Origin: the human T2T-CHM13v2.0 reference genome, Homo sapiens
Assembly: GCF_009914755.1 (NCBI RefSeq)
Contig: NC_060931.1
Length of the DNA stretch: 64,000 nt
Reading direction: 5' to 3' (one strand)
Positions 1 through 20,772 of this stretch are shown here, in pieces. The notes beneath the pieces were generated by a model. That model saw only the letters and a list, made by a program, of their open reading frames with translations. It searched no databases and was not told where the DNA came from. Position numbers and translations under genes: made by a program. Every line of letters begins with the position of its first letter. The stretch's first letter is position 1.

Positions 1-213
1 AAACATTCTATAAATTATTCATATTATTTTGCAAAAAAATCAGTTTAAGATAAACTGACTCACATGCAGACTCATATGCAAATAATTGTTCCTTGGAAAA
101 AGGAAAAATACTATTACAAAAAGGAATGAGTAGTATTGGAGATGGTTAATATTTGGGCAAATATAAAAGAATCTATAAAAAATTATTTTTTAAGAATTTG
201 CCATTAATTATAA

Positions 214-687
<474 letters not shown>

Positions 688-727
688 TCAGCTGAAACTT
701 TCTGTGTCTCTTTTGTGGGTCTCATGA

Positions 728-1096
<369 letters not shown>

Positions 1097-1678
1097 TAAC
1101 CTGTCCAATTCCTGTGATTACTGATATTCATTTATTTAATGAGTAACATTTTGTTTCTTAAAATCTAAAAAAAAAACTAAAACTGATATGAAAACATACA
1201 CTCAAAATTCTGAGTGATGAGGCACTAATGTTATTATCTTATTCTTTGTGCATTTCTATTTTTAATTTTTTTGTTTACAATGTCCAGTTACTTCCATTCC
1301 AGATTCACTGTGTATTAATCAATTTATCTTAAATTGATTTTTTGCAAAATAATTATATGAATAATGTATAAGAATGTTTACATAAAATCATTCAAAAGAA
1401 CAGTACCTAAATTGTTGAATTATTGATTTATCATAATAAGGAATTAGTTAATAATAAAATTTTGCATTTTTAATGAGAATAAAACTCATTAATTAATAAA
1501 CTTTTCCAGGATTCTTCTCTTTTGCTGCCTCCTAAAGACAATTCTGTCTCTCCTCTCTTCCCATATCTTCCAAGAAGAGCTTTAGTGATACAAAATCAGG
1601 AGAATGGGTAGAAAGACACCAGGATTGGAGATAAAATACTCAGAAATAAGTTGGGGTAACAAGTGAATAATAGTTTCA

Positions 1679-2068
<390 letters not shown>

Positions 2069-2104
2069 CTAGGAGTTATGAATTGAATGGATTATAATAT
2101 TCTT

Positions 2105-2533
<429 letters not shown>

Positions 2534-2929
2534 TTATTATTGTTTCTTTGCCAGTGCTAAGGGCCTCAAGATTTATTTGAGTTACATGTTCATAACTGAA
2601 CATTTATGAAGTAACTGAAATTTTTTTCCTGCTGCCGTATTAGAAGAAACCTTAAAACCTTAGGAGGGACGAGGTCAGAATATTACATTTTGCTGAATTG
2701 CTTGTGGGGCGGGGAGGAATTATTTCATTTAAATACAGTGACAATAGAAGGGATTGGCTTTAAAATCTTCAGATTTTTTAACTGAATTCTGAAGATATAA
2801 TTTCTTAAACATCTGAGCACTTTGACCTGTCTTTCAAACTGTGACATCTTCTCCAACTTTACTAAAATATATTACATATATATACAATATATATTATATA
2901 TAAATATAATTCAGAAACCTTACCATGTC

Positions 2930-3345
2930 TCTATTAACTACTGTTACAGGCATTTAAACATTTTAAATAGACTTCCCCATCTGCCATTCTCACAAAGTAA
3001 TCACTTTCACCATATTTTAGCTTTGCAGGTACAAGTATTTACCTTCGCATTATAGAATTTTCTATTTAAACTACTATTTCTTGATTTTTCAGTTTTAGGT
3101 AGTAACTATTGACTTCCTAATATGGAAGATGAAGATTCAACTTTCTTATATCCCTTCCCTCATCTTCCCAATATAGTTATAATTTTTGGTTAAATCCATA
3201 TTCAGTGCCTATGTAAATATTCCTGGCTGAGTGGCACACTAGGAAAACAATTTCTCTCTTATATGGCATTTTATTTTCCTTGGAGTTCATAATTGTCTCA
3301 TTTTTTTCCTTTGCTTGTTTTCTATAACTGTAAAAAGAAATTGTA
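2930..3345 (-). mobile_element. Ancient HAL1/L1ME-like fragment
   Basis: Resembles recalled HAL1 sequence (ttttccttggagttcataattgtc); degenerate. Confidence 0.45.
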
Positions 3346-3638
<293 letters not shown>

Positions 3639-3689
3639 TGTATATAATTGTAAACCTCTGGCTATGAGTTGTTCTGCGTGTCAAATGGG

Positions 3690-4140
3690 GGCAGGGGCTG
3701 GGACGCTAGCACTATTCAGGATGATCATTTTTACTTAACTCCCCTATTTCCATTGCAGTGCCCTGACCCTCACCTTCATCCAATGTTCCTAAGCCAAACT
3801 CCATGTAGATTAAGCCCTTCAGAGAGGACTCCTTCAATGCTGTGCCATCAGGGGCAGTCACTGAGGTGGTGGTGCTCTCGGGGGTATTTGGGGGTCCAGT
3901 TGCTTCTCATAGGATTTCCACCAATCCCATTTGGCACTCAAGCTATCTTGCACTTTCAGAAATACCTGCAGCCTTCCGGGGTTCGGACATGCAGCTCAGC
4001 TTGCCTTTCACTTTTCCCTTCTGCAAGCTTGAGTTTCTCTTTTCTCCAATTTGCTATTCATCCCATGTCTATTTTCTTCTTATTTCCAGCTTCCCAAATT
4101 TTGGTTTCTAGCCTAACTTTTCCTGAAAACCGAGGAAGCC
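3690..4140 (-). mobile_element. Possible ancient L1M/HAL1 5' region
   Basis: Purine-rich minus strand loosely resembling old L1 5'UTR; weak. Confidence 0.3.
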
Positions 4141-5250
4141 AGTACCAGTAACCTTCTCTGAGTCTGTTTTCCTAATCTATTAGACGAAACAGCCATGATC
4201 TCCTCTCCAGCACCTGGACTCAAATCCCAAAGCATCCTTGGTTTATATACATCCTTGCAGCCTCTGTTTGCTACCGAGATCTCTGAGGGCACTCTGGCCA
4301 GAGAGGAGGATCGCAGGAAATGCTAATGCTTACCCTACACCGTCAGTCAAGGCGAGAATGCCTTGGTTTTTTAATGGCTCCCAGGGAATTTCACAGAAAC
4401 GTAGTTTATTCATCTTTTGTATGACTGCCCCTATTTTCAAGAGCTGTAGCAACAAATCACCCCATAGAGGAGTGTGGGTGGGAGGAAGGGAGAGAGAGGA
4501 AAATAACGAAGAGAAAAGGGAACAAGACAAACTGCTCTATCCCGACTTTCATGCACATGCCCCTGTCCCGAAGTTGGGAGACTCACATCACAGTGACCAC
4601 AGTGGAGGCTCAGGCTGAGAATCCCACCGCATAAAGGTTAAGATGACAAAGGCAAACGGATTGCTGTGCCCGGCTTCATAGGCAATAAATCCCATGTGTC
4701 TTTCATCCTTCCCACCCTCTCCCCGGTGAGTCTATTTCCATGATGAAATACCATTCCACAAGCCCAGCTGGCTGATGGATTATGAAACATACAAGACTAG
4801 CTCCGGTGAGCCCTTTGAAGTGGATTGAAACACGGGCTTTGTAAAAATGGATGTCATCCAGGCTCCCTGTTTCAAGGTTGGCAGCATAATTTTCTTTCTT
4901 AAGTGTAGGTCTCTACTTGGTACTGCAGATGGCTTTACCTCGGCCTGAACATGAATTACAGGCTCCCTCCAGGGTAACTCACAGCTCTCTCATTTCCTCT
5001 ACCTCTTCCCACACACACAGGGGTGAGGGGAGAGGCTGGCCCCATAGCCCTGAAGTCATGGAAAGAGAGGGAGCGGCTAGGCCACTCACCCTAGGCCATC
5101 CCAACCTGGAAATACAGGGAAAAAGGCTCACAAAGCATTTGAAAAAGGAAAAGAATAATAAAGAGGTAGTAGTTGGGAGCTGAGAATGGGGATGAAGGCC
5201 AATGCCTTCCACATCTGTGGTCTTCTGGGGCATTAGAAGTCAGTATTCTG

Positions 5251-5540
<290 letters not shown>

Positions 5541-5551
5541 GTCAGTATTCT

Positions 5552-5838
5552 GGCTGGGTGCGGTGGCTCACGCCTATAATTCTAGCACTTTGGGAGGCTG
5601 AGGTAGAAGGACTATTTGAGGTCAGGAGTTCAAGGCCAGCCTGGATAACATACCAAGACCCCGTCTCTATTTTTAAAAAAATTTTTAATTAGCTGGGTGT
5701 GGTGGCTTGCACCTGTAGTCCCAGCTGCTCGGAAGGCTGAACCAGGAGGATGGCTTGAGCCTGACAGCTGCAGGCTGCAGTGAGCTATGATCATGCTACT
5801 GCACTTCAACCTGGGCAACAGAGTGAGACCCTGTCTCA
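5552..5838 (+). mobile_element. AluJ lacking poly-A tail
   Basis: Dimer ends ...gaccctgtctca followed by unique sequence. Confidence 0.9.
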
Positions 5839-6221
5839 CCAGTTACCAGTCTCTGCTGATGGCTGTGTAAGGATCCTAGAGGCATGGGGGTGGGCCTCCC
5901 CTCAATCAGCCACTCTGGGGCTCCCTCCCTTCCCAGGCTGCCTTCTAGAGGTCTCCCTGGGAGCCAGAGGTACCACAAGGCAAACCTGGAGAAACAGAAA
6001 GAGGCTGGCATGAAGTTAACCTCAGTTTTGTCAAGCTCCCAAAGAATGTGTTCAACCTGTACCAAGCTAACTGTGTACCAAGAGCCTCTGAGATACACCC
6101 CTTCCTTCTTCCCAAAACCACATCCAGGATTCTTAGCAAAAGACAGTGTCTCAATACCACATTCCAAAAGATTCCGCCTTTCCCATGTGTCCACCAGGAA
6201 ATGATTTAAAATTGCATTAAA

Positions 6222-6373
6222 CTGGATGGACTTGGTGGCTTACATCTGTAATACCAGCAATTTGAGAGGCTGAGGCAGGAAGATTGCTTGAGCCTAGGAG
6301 TTCCAGACAGCATTGGAAGCACAGCAAGACCCTGTCTCTACCAAAAATAAAAATAAAAGGATAAAACAAAAAA
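6222..6373 (+). mobile_element. FLAM monomer
   Basis: Monomer; TSD aaaattgcattaaac. Confidence 0.85.
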
Positions 6374-6512
6374 ATTGCATTAAACCATTGCTCAGAATCA
6401 TGATTTTTGTTGTTGTTGTTGTTTAAAAATCAGCTTACAACTAATTGATAGGAGTGCAAAAGGAAAGAGAAGACAAGCTTCGTACTGCTAATCTAAGAAA
6501 AACTGCAAATAT

Positions 6513-6885
<373 letters not shown>

Positions 6886-7310
6886 CTATAGCGGATAGCC
6901 AGCTGCATGAACAATGTATCCAGGTGCAGTTCTCCAAAACACAGCATGTGCCAATGGCAATCTCTCACTGATGGAGCTAAAGACTAAACCTCAAAGTCAT
7001 CAGGATTGAGGTGTGCCCTGGACACGTCTCACCTGTTTAATGGCATTGAATAAGTGGACAAAAAAATAAGTACAGAATAGAAGAAATGAGCAGCATAATA
7101 ATTTAAAGGACACAGGCCTCATGAATATGCATTGAACTTTATGCCTAATGACAGCAAACTGGTCTTCTCAAGCACACATGGGAAATTCACAGGAATTGAT
7201 CATATTTTAGGTCACAAGGAAAATATCCGTAAATGACAGTAAATTTCATGTGGAAAAATAAGCATCCCAAAATAGCCAGGAACCCAGCACAAAATGAAAA
7301 CTATGAAGGG

Positions 7311-7603
7311 GACACAGCATGGGGGTTCACACCTGTAATCCCAGCACTTTGGGAGGCCAAGGCAGGAAGATCACTTGAGGCCAGGAGTTTGAGTCCAGCC
7401 TGGGCAACATAAAAAGACCTCATCTCTACAGTAAAAAAAAATTGCCAGGTGTGATGGCATGTGCCTATAGTCTCAGCTACTCAAAAGGCTGGGGCAGGAG
7501 GATCCCTTGAGCACAGGAAGTTGAGGCTGGAGTGAGCTATGATTCTACTTGCAGCGCTGCACTCCAAACTGGGCAATAGGGCAAGACTGTCTCCCAACAA
7601 AAA
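7311..7603 (+). mobile_element. AluJ
   Basis: Diverged dimer. Confidence 0.9.
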
Positions 7604-7760
7604 CCCATGAGAGACAACTAGCCCTATTAGATAATACTTCAAAGCTTTGATAATTAAAATAGTGTGGTATTGGTACATGAATAGACAGATAGGTCAATGG
7701 AATAGAACAGAACATCCAGAAACAGATTCAAGTACATATGAGATTGTATTTTATTTACTC

Positions 7761-8044
7761 TTTTTTTTTTTTTTTTCAATAGGACTTTGTCACCTAGGCT
7801 GGAGTGCACTGGCACAATCTCGGCTCACTGCAACCTCTGCCTCCTGGGTTCAAATGAGAGGCTCATGCCTCAGTCTCCCAATTAGCTGCATGCCACCACG
7901 TCTGGCTAATTTTTTTGTATTTTTAGTAGAGACAGGGTTTCACCATGTTGGCCAGGCTGGTCTCAAATTCCTGGCCTCAAGTGATCCACCAGCCTCAGCC
8001 TCCCAAAGTGCTAGGATTGCAGGATTGAGCCACCGCATCCGGCC
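7761..8044 (-). mobile_element. Alu (AluS-type, small internal deletion)
   Basis: Reverse dimer. Confidence 0.9.
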
Positions 8045-8209
8045 AGTAATTTTAGTGTATGATAAAGGTGACATCTCAAATCACTGGGACAAAAATGAAC
8101 TTTTAAAATTAATTGTGCTAGAACAACTGGTTAGCTACTTTTAAAAAGATAACATTAGATCCATACTTCACACCATTTACAAAAATAAATTCCCAATGGA
8201 TCTGGGATT

Positions 8210-9030
<821 letters not shown>

Positions 9031-9612
9031 AAGTGAAGGGAAAAACAGACAAATGACAAATGTGTTACCTAAATGCGTCTTTCTCTTTCTAGAATTCCTA
9101 ATAGAAGGATATTGAACTTCCTAGATGGCCTCGTTAGGTGTGAAATGCATCTCATGTTTTTAATTCTCTCATTCCTCGCTTTTCTTGGCAGACTGTTTTA
9201 GTTCTATGTGCTTATTACATCTCCTCTAGTTTCTCTGATGATATTAATTAGAATTATATAATTTCTCCTTGCACTCAATTATTTATTTCTTCTGGATTTT
9301 CATGTTCTATTTATTCATTTTGATCCTTGTCTTTTACGCTATTGATTTTCTTCAAATATGTAGAGATTCTTAATAGTCATTAACATTTATAAAGAAAGGA
9401 CTGGGTTGCTTGATCAAGGAAGCTGATCTCACTTCTCCAGGCATGTGTTGCAACAATCTATAAGTAAAAAGAAGGCCTTGAGCAAGGAAATGATATGGTT
9501 CCACTTACTTCCTAAAAAGTTCACTGGGACTGCTCTGCAGAAAAGTCCATTTCCAGGGCAAAGATGAAAAATGAAAACCAGGTAGCAATCTGACATACAT
9601 GTTCTTTTCACG

Positions 9613-9890
9613 TTTTGTTTTGCTGTTTTGAGACGGACTCCTGCTGTGTCACCCAGGCTGGAGTGCAGTGGCGCGATCTTGGCTCAACTGCAACCTCTGC
9701 CTCCTGGGTTCAAGCAATTCTCCTGCCTCAACCTCCCAGGTAGCTGGGATTACAGGCACACACCACCACACCTGGTGGTGGGGTTTCACCATGTTGGCCA
9801 GGCTGGTCTCAAACTCCTGACCTCAGGTGATCCGCCCGCATCAGCCTCCCAAAGTGCTGCAATTACATACATGAACCACCGCGCCTGGCC
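9613..9890 (-). mobile_element. Alu lacking central A-rich linker
   Basis: cacctgg joined to tggtggggtttcacc. Confidence 0.9.
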
Positions 9891-10238
9891 TTATCCAGTC
9901 TATCATTGATGGTCATTTGTGTTGACGCCATGTCTTTGCTATTGTGAATACCCAGTAAGGGGATTGCTGGATAATTTCAGATTCTTGAAAAACCCTTTCC
10001 AAGTGTTTTGTGAACTGCTCTGCTCTGGACTGGTTTCCCTCCCCACCTGATGCACAGTTGTCAATGTCGGACCTCCCAGAACCATCTTCTGCAGAGTCTC
10101 TTCTCTCTCCTGTGGGATCCTCTGTTTCCTGGGTCCCATAGCTTCCTGCTTCTTGATTTTCTCCCCTATTTTGTTGAAGTGCATTCTCTGGTAGCACCTT
10201 AAAAGAGGGTGAATGAGCCTGTACTTTAAAAATGTTGC

Positions 10239-10585
<347 letters not shown>

Positions 10586-10665
10586 TCACTTTAATTGGCT
10601 GCTTATGAAAAGCATGATCACTATTTTACAGTGTTGTGGAAGTTGTGACTCATGCAAAAAGGCTT

Positions 10666-10976
<311 letters not shown>

Positions 10977-11051
10977 GGCTTGACACAGATTCAAAATATA
11001 TAACAGGAGTAGATAAAATAATAAATAGTTGCACATATTATATATCTTTAA

Positions 11052-11124
11052 CCCATTTCCCGTCTGCCCCAAGAATACTACATGGAAGTGAACTGCACTT
11101 TTTTTTTTCTAAATGGGGAATGGA
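11052..11124 (+). mobile_element. MER75A piggyBac-type MITE
   Basis: TTAA on both flanks; imperfect TIRs cccatttcccgt...atggggaatgga. Confidence 0.85.
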
Positions 11125-11139
11125 TTAAATTCCAATGAA

Positions 11140-11950
<811 letters not shown>

Positions 11951-12170
11951 GTTTAAAGTCCAAGTATGTCAAAATAAATCTTGCTACAAAATTCTGTTGG
12001 GAGTTAGGGACTGAATTGTGTTCCCCCAAAATCCATATGTTGAAGCTCTAACTCCCAATGTGACTTTACTTAGAGATAGAGCCTTTAAGGAGGTAATTAA
12101 GATTAAATGAGGTTATATAAGAATGAAGCCTAATCTCACAGGGCTGGTGCCCTTATAAAAAGAGGAAGAG

Positions 12171-12774
<604 letters not shown>

Positions 12775-12789
12775 GGAAGAGACACCAGA

Positions 12790-12838
<49 letters not shown>
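12790..12838. repeat. (CT)n microsatellite
   Basis: Direct reading. Confidence 0.95.
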
Positions 12839-12839
<1 letters not shown>

Positions 12840-13199
12840 CTCACAGAGGAAGGGCCATATGGAGACACAGTGAGAAAGTCACCTTTGCAAGTCAAGGAAA
12901 GAAGCCTTGGGAGAAACTAATCTTGTGGGCCCCCTTGATCTTGGATTTCCAGCCTTCAGAACTTTGAGAAAACAGATGTCTATTGTTTAAGCCATCGGGT
13001 CTGTGGTATGTTATTATGGCAGCCCAAGCAAACTAATACAGGAAACATTTTCACTTTTCAAAGGCATTGTTCTATTTTCTTCCAGTAACCACTTTTACTA
13101 TAGAAAAATCCACAGTCAGTTTTTTTTTTCTCTCTCTCTCTCTGAAAACCTCTAGGATCTTATTTTTACCTTCCCACATTCCAAAATTTCACAGTGAAA

Positions 13200-13752
<553 letters not shown>

Positions 13753-13857
13753 GTGATGGCGTGGGTCTATTTCCACGTATCTCCAGTTATGGAAAATGTT
13801 CTGGAATCGTTTCTTTTATGATATACCCCCTTATTGTTCTCTGTGCTTTATCTCTAG

Positions 13858-14357
<500 letters not shown>

Positions 14358-14657
14358 TGATTTTCCGGGAGGTCCTTTCTATTCTATGAGTGCACCTGTT
14401 TTTATTTAAGAGCATCCTGTTTTGTTCTTTTTTATGAACGTATTATTCTCTCTTCTTTCTCTGAGATTATTCATGATCGTTCATTTCAAAAAGTTGTATT
14501 TTCCCTGAGTTATCTCTGTTTCCTCCCAGGTGGGTTGCTGTTTATTTGCATCATAATTTTTCCTGTTACAGCATTTTCTTACCCATCTAACTTTCCTTGA
14601 TTTTCTAGTCATGTTTAGAAGTTAAGGGCTAAGAAGCCATCTGAAATCTATTAACCC

Positions 14658-14867
14658 GGCCTGGCGCAGTGGCTCACCCCTGTAATCCTAGCACTTTGGG
14701 AGGCCGAGGCAGGTGGATCATGAGGTCAGGAGTTCAAGACCAGCCTGGCCAAGATGGTGAAACCCCGTCTCTACCAAAAATACAAAAATTAGCCAGGTGC
14801 CATGGCAAGCGCCTATAATCCCAGCTACTCGGGAGGCTGAGGCAGGGGAATCGCTTGAACCCAGGGG
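14658..14867 (+). mobile_element. 3'-truncated Alu
   Basis: Stops at gaacccagggg. Confidence 0.9.
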
Positions 14868-14874
14868 AAAAAAA

Positions 14875-14924
<50 letters not shown>

Positions 14925-14941
14925 GTATGTGTGTGTGTATA

Positions 14942-15007
<66 letters not shown>

Positions 15008-15008
15008 T
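14868..15008. repeat. (TA)n(TG)n(TA)n(CA)n compound microsatellite
   Basis: Direct reading. Confidence 0.97.
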
Positions 15009-15117
15009 AAACCCTTAGACTATGGCCTTGAATGGAAGGTGGTCTGACTGGGTCATTTCACTGGAAATACCCTTGTGGAAAGACCCTTAAGTCTTTTTCC
15101 TGGGCTGGTCAGGATCA

Positions 15118-15506
<389 letters not shown>

Positions 15507-15521
15507 GAACTTAAATGCTTG

Positions 15522-15823
15522 TTTTCTTTCTTTCTTTCTTTCTTTTTTTTTTTTAGACAGAGCTTTGCTCTTTACCTCAGCCTGGAGTGTAGTGGCACCA
15601 TCTCAGCTCACTGCAACCTCCACCTTCTGGTTTCAAGTGATCCTCCTGCCGAGTAGCTGGGATTACAGGTGCCCACCAACATGCCCAGCTAATTTTTGTA
15701 TTTTTAGTAGAGACGGGGTTTCACCATGTTGGCCAGGCTGGTCTCGAACTCCTGACCTCGTGATCCACCTGCCTCGGCCTCCCAAGGTGCTGGGATTACA
15801 GGCGTGAGCCACCGCACCCGGCC
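15522..15823 (-). mobile_element. Alu (AluSg-like)
   Basis: Reverse dimer. Confidence 0.92.
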
Positions 15824-16085
15824 TGCTTGTTTTATTTCTATACAGCTCACCTGCCTTCAGATGGGCTAGTGTCCTCCACCCTCCACAACTTACACCCACT
15901 TTTCAGGTAATGCACCTCTAGTCTTCTGCAGGGTGGAGGAAGGAAGTTGTGAGATGTGCAGAGTGGGAGTCAGGAACTGAGTGTTCACTGACTTTATAAT
16001 TTGTTTTAATTGTAATTTTGACATAATTTTAGACTTCATATGGAAGTTGCTAAAGTAAGTAGTGGATATTGACAAATTATAATTG

Positions 16086-16454
16086 CGATATGGTTTGGCT
16101 GTGTCCCCACCCAAATCTCACCTTGAATTGTAGCTCCCATAATTCCCACGTGTTGTAGGAGAAACCCAGTGGGAGATAATTGAATTATGTGGGGGGTGGG
16201 AGGTTCCCCCCATACAGTTCTCATGGTAGTGAGTAAGTCTCACAAGATCTGATGGTTTTATAAGGGGTTTCCCCTTCCACTTGGCTCTCATTCTCTCTTG
16301 TCTGCCACCATGTGAGACATACCTTTCGCCTTTCATCATGATTGTGAGGCCTCCTCAGCCACGTGGAACTGTGAGTCCATTAAACCTCTTTTTCTTTATA
16401 AATTACCCAGGTTCTGGTATGTCTTTATCAGCATCCTGAAAATGGACTAATACA
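16086..16454 (+). mobile_element. THE1 (B/C-type) solo LTR
   Basis: gatatggtttggctgtgtccccacccaaatctc...ggactaataca; 5-bp TSD aattg. Confidence 0.93.
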
Positions 16455-17109
16455 AATTGTATATATTTATGGGGTACAAAATGATACTGTGAGAGTTGAA
16501 TATGATATGGAATAATTAAATCAAGCTAATCAATGTATCCATCACCTGAAATACTTATCATTTATTCCTCTCGTCTGAGACTTTGAACCCTCTGACCATC
16601 CTCACCCTATTCTCCCCACTCCTATCTCTGGTAACCACCATTCTGTTCAATTGTTTTAGATTCCATGTATAAGGGAGAACATATGGTATTTGTCTTTCTG
16701 TGCCTGGCTTATTTCACTTAGCATAATGTCCTCCAGGTTCATCCACGTTGTCACAAATAACAAGATCTCCTTCCTTTTCAAGGCTGAATGGTACTCCATT
16801 GTGAATATAGATCACATTTTCTTTATTCATTCATCAGTTGATAGACACAGTTTGATTCCGTATCATCGCGACTGTGAATAGTGCGGCAATGAACATGGAG
16901 GTGCAGATATCTCTTGAACATACTCATTTCAATTCCTTTGGATATATTCCCAGAAGTAGGATTGCTGGATCGTATGGTAATTCTATTTTTAATTTTTTGA
17001 GAAACCCCTATACTGTTTTCCATAATGGTTACATTCATTTACATTCTCACCAACAGTGTACTAGCATTCCCTTTTCTCCACATCCTCATCAGCACCTGTT
17101 AAATTTCAT

Positions 17110-17448
<339 letters not shown>

Positions 17449-17879
17449 TAATGTAATAGCCATTCTAATAAGTGTGAGGTGATACCTCATTGTGGTTTTA
17501 ATGTGCATTTGCCTAGTGATTAGTGATGTTGAGCATTTTTTCATATCTGTTGGCTATTCGCATGTCTTCTTTTGAGAAATGTCCTTTGCTCATTTTTTAA
17601 AGAGGTTACTTGTTTTCTTATGAGTTGAGTTCTTTATATATTTTAGATAATAACCTCTTGTCAGATATATGACTTGCAAATATGTTCTCCCATTTAGTAG
17701 GTTGCCTTTTCGCTCTGTTGTTTCTTTTGCTGTGCAGAAGCTTTTTCGTTTGTAAACTGAACTTTTTCGTTTGTAAGCTTTTTAGTTTATAATCCCATTT
17801 GTCTACTTTTGGTTTTGTTGCCTGAACTTTTGAGGTCAAATCTAAAAACTCATTGCCAGACCAGTATCATGGAGTTTTT

Positions 17880-18965
<1,086 letters not shown>

Positions 18966-18970
18966 TACTT

Positions 18971-19279
18971 CTTTTTTTTTTTTTTTTTTTTTTTTTGAGG
19001 CATAGTCTCACTCTGTCACCCAGGCTGGAGTGCAATGGCGCGATCTTGGCTCACCGCAACCTCCACCTCCCAGGTTAAAGCGATTCTCCTGCCTCAGTCT
19101 CCTGAGTAGCTGAGATTACAGGCTTGCACCACCACATCCAGCTAATTTTTTTGTATTTTTAGTAGAGATGGGGTTTCACCATGTTGGCTAGGCTGGTCTC
19201 GAACTCCTGACCTCAAGTGATCTGCCCACCTTGGCCTCCCAAAGTGCTGGGATTACAGGCGTGAGCACCACACCTGGCC
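18971..19279 (-). mobile_element. Alu (AluS-type)
   Basis: Reverse dimer. Confidence 0.95.
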
Positions 19280-19349
19280 TATATGGGCAAAACTTTCTAA
19301 GTATAAATAATGAAAGGAAGTAGAAATAAAACATTAGAAGACTAATTTT

Positions 19350-19622
19350 TTTTGTTTTTAATAAAGTTCCTATTTTGGAATAATTTTAGATTTTCATAGA
19401 AGTTGCAGAGATAGTACAGAGAGTTCCCATATGCCCCTCACCCATTCCCCTCAATGTTATCATTTTACATTACCATGGTAACTTCATCAAAACTGAGAAA
19501 TCAACATTAGTGTGTTACTATTAACCTAATTCCACACTTTATCCCAATTTCCCCAGATTTGTTGCTAATGCCCCTTTTCTGTTCAAGATTTAACGTATCC
19601 AACCCAAGACATATTGCATTTA
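19350..19622 (-). mobile_element. L1MC-type 3' end
   Basis: ttttggaataattttagattttcatagaagttgcagagatagtacagagagttccc. Confidence 0.75.
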
Positions 19623-19665
19623 GAAGAGTTATATTTCGACTGTATAAAAATTACTTAATTACTTA

Positions 19666-20055
<390 letters not shown>

Positions 20056-20383
20056 TCAATTAGTTCTTAAAAACCAATACGTAAAATGCCAACCCACCCA
20101 CAGAAAAATAGGCAAAGGACATAAATAGATAACTCAAAACATAAGAAATTTTATTAATAGGCTAATGAACATAAAGAACTTTGGGCCTTTACTAGTCCTC
20201 AAAGATTAATTTAACCTATCACACTGGTAACGATTTAAAAAATAATACTAGTCAGATGTCATTAGACAGGTCCCCTCATACGCTGATGGGGAGAGTATGT
20301 TACACAACTGTTCTGAAAAGCCTTAAAAATGCAGCTTCTTGCATCCCTAATCCATGTCTAATGCATGTCAGATTTCTTGGCCT

Positions 20384-20408
20384 GTTTTTGTTTGTTTTTT
20401 GTTTTTGT

Positions 20409-20441
<33 letters not shown>

Positions 20442-20772
20442 TCAAGACAGAGTCTCGCTCTGTTGCCCAGGCTGGAGTGCAGTGGTGCCATCTCGGCTCA
20501 CTGCAACACCTGCCTCCCGTGTTCAAGAGATTCTCCTGCCTCAACCTCCTGAGTAGCTGGGATTATAGGTGCACACCACCACACCCGGCTAATTTTTGTA
20601 TTTTTAGTAGAGACGGGGTTTCTACTAAACCCCGTTAGTAGCTGGTCTACTAATGGTTAGTAGTGGCTAACCATGTTAGCCAGGCTGGTCTTGAACTCCT
20701 GACCTCAGGTGATCTGCCTGCCTCGGCCTCCCAAAGTGCTGGGATTACAGGCATGAGCCACCGTGCCTGGCC
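20384..20772 (-). mobile_element. Alu with 47-bp patchwork insertion and (TTG)n tail
   Basis: Reverse dimer; extra sequence at 20623-20669. Confidence 0.93.

Noticed and set aside
3669-4618. 160-aa and 126-aa ORFs outside Alus
   Set aside because: TTG starts, no recognisable domain or splice structure; partly overlaps a probable old L1/HAL1 relic
17738-17785. Short direct duplication ctttttcgtttgtaa in L1
   Set aside because: Ordinary slippage; no functional hint
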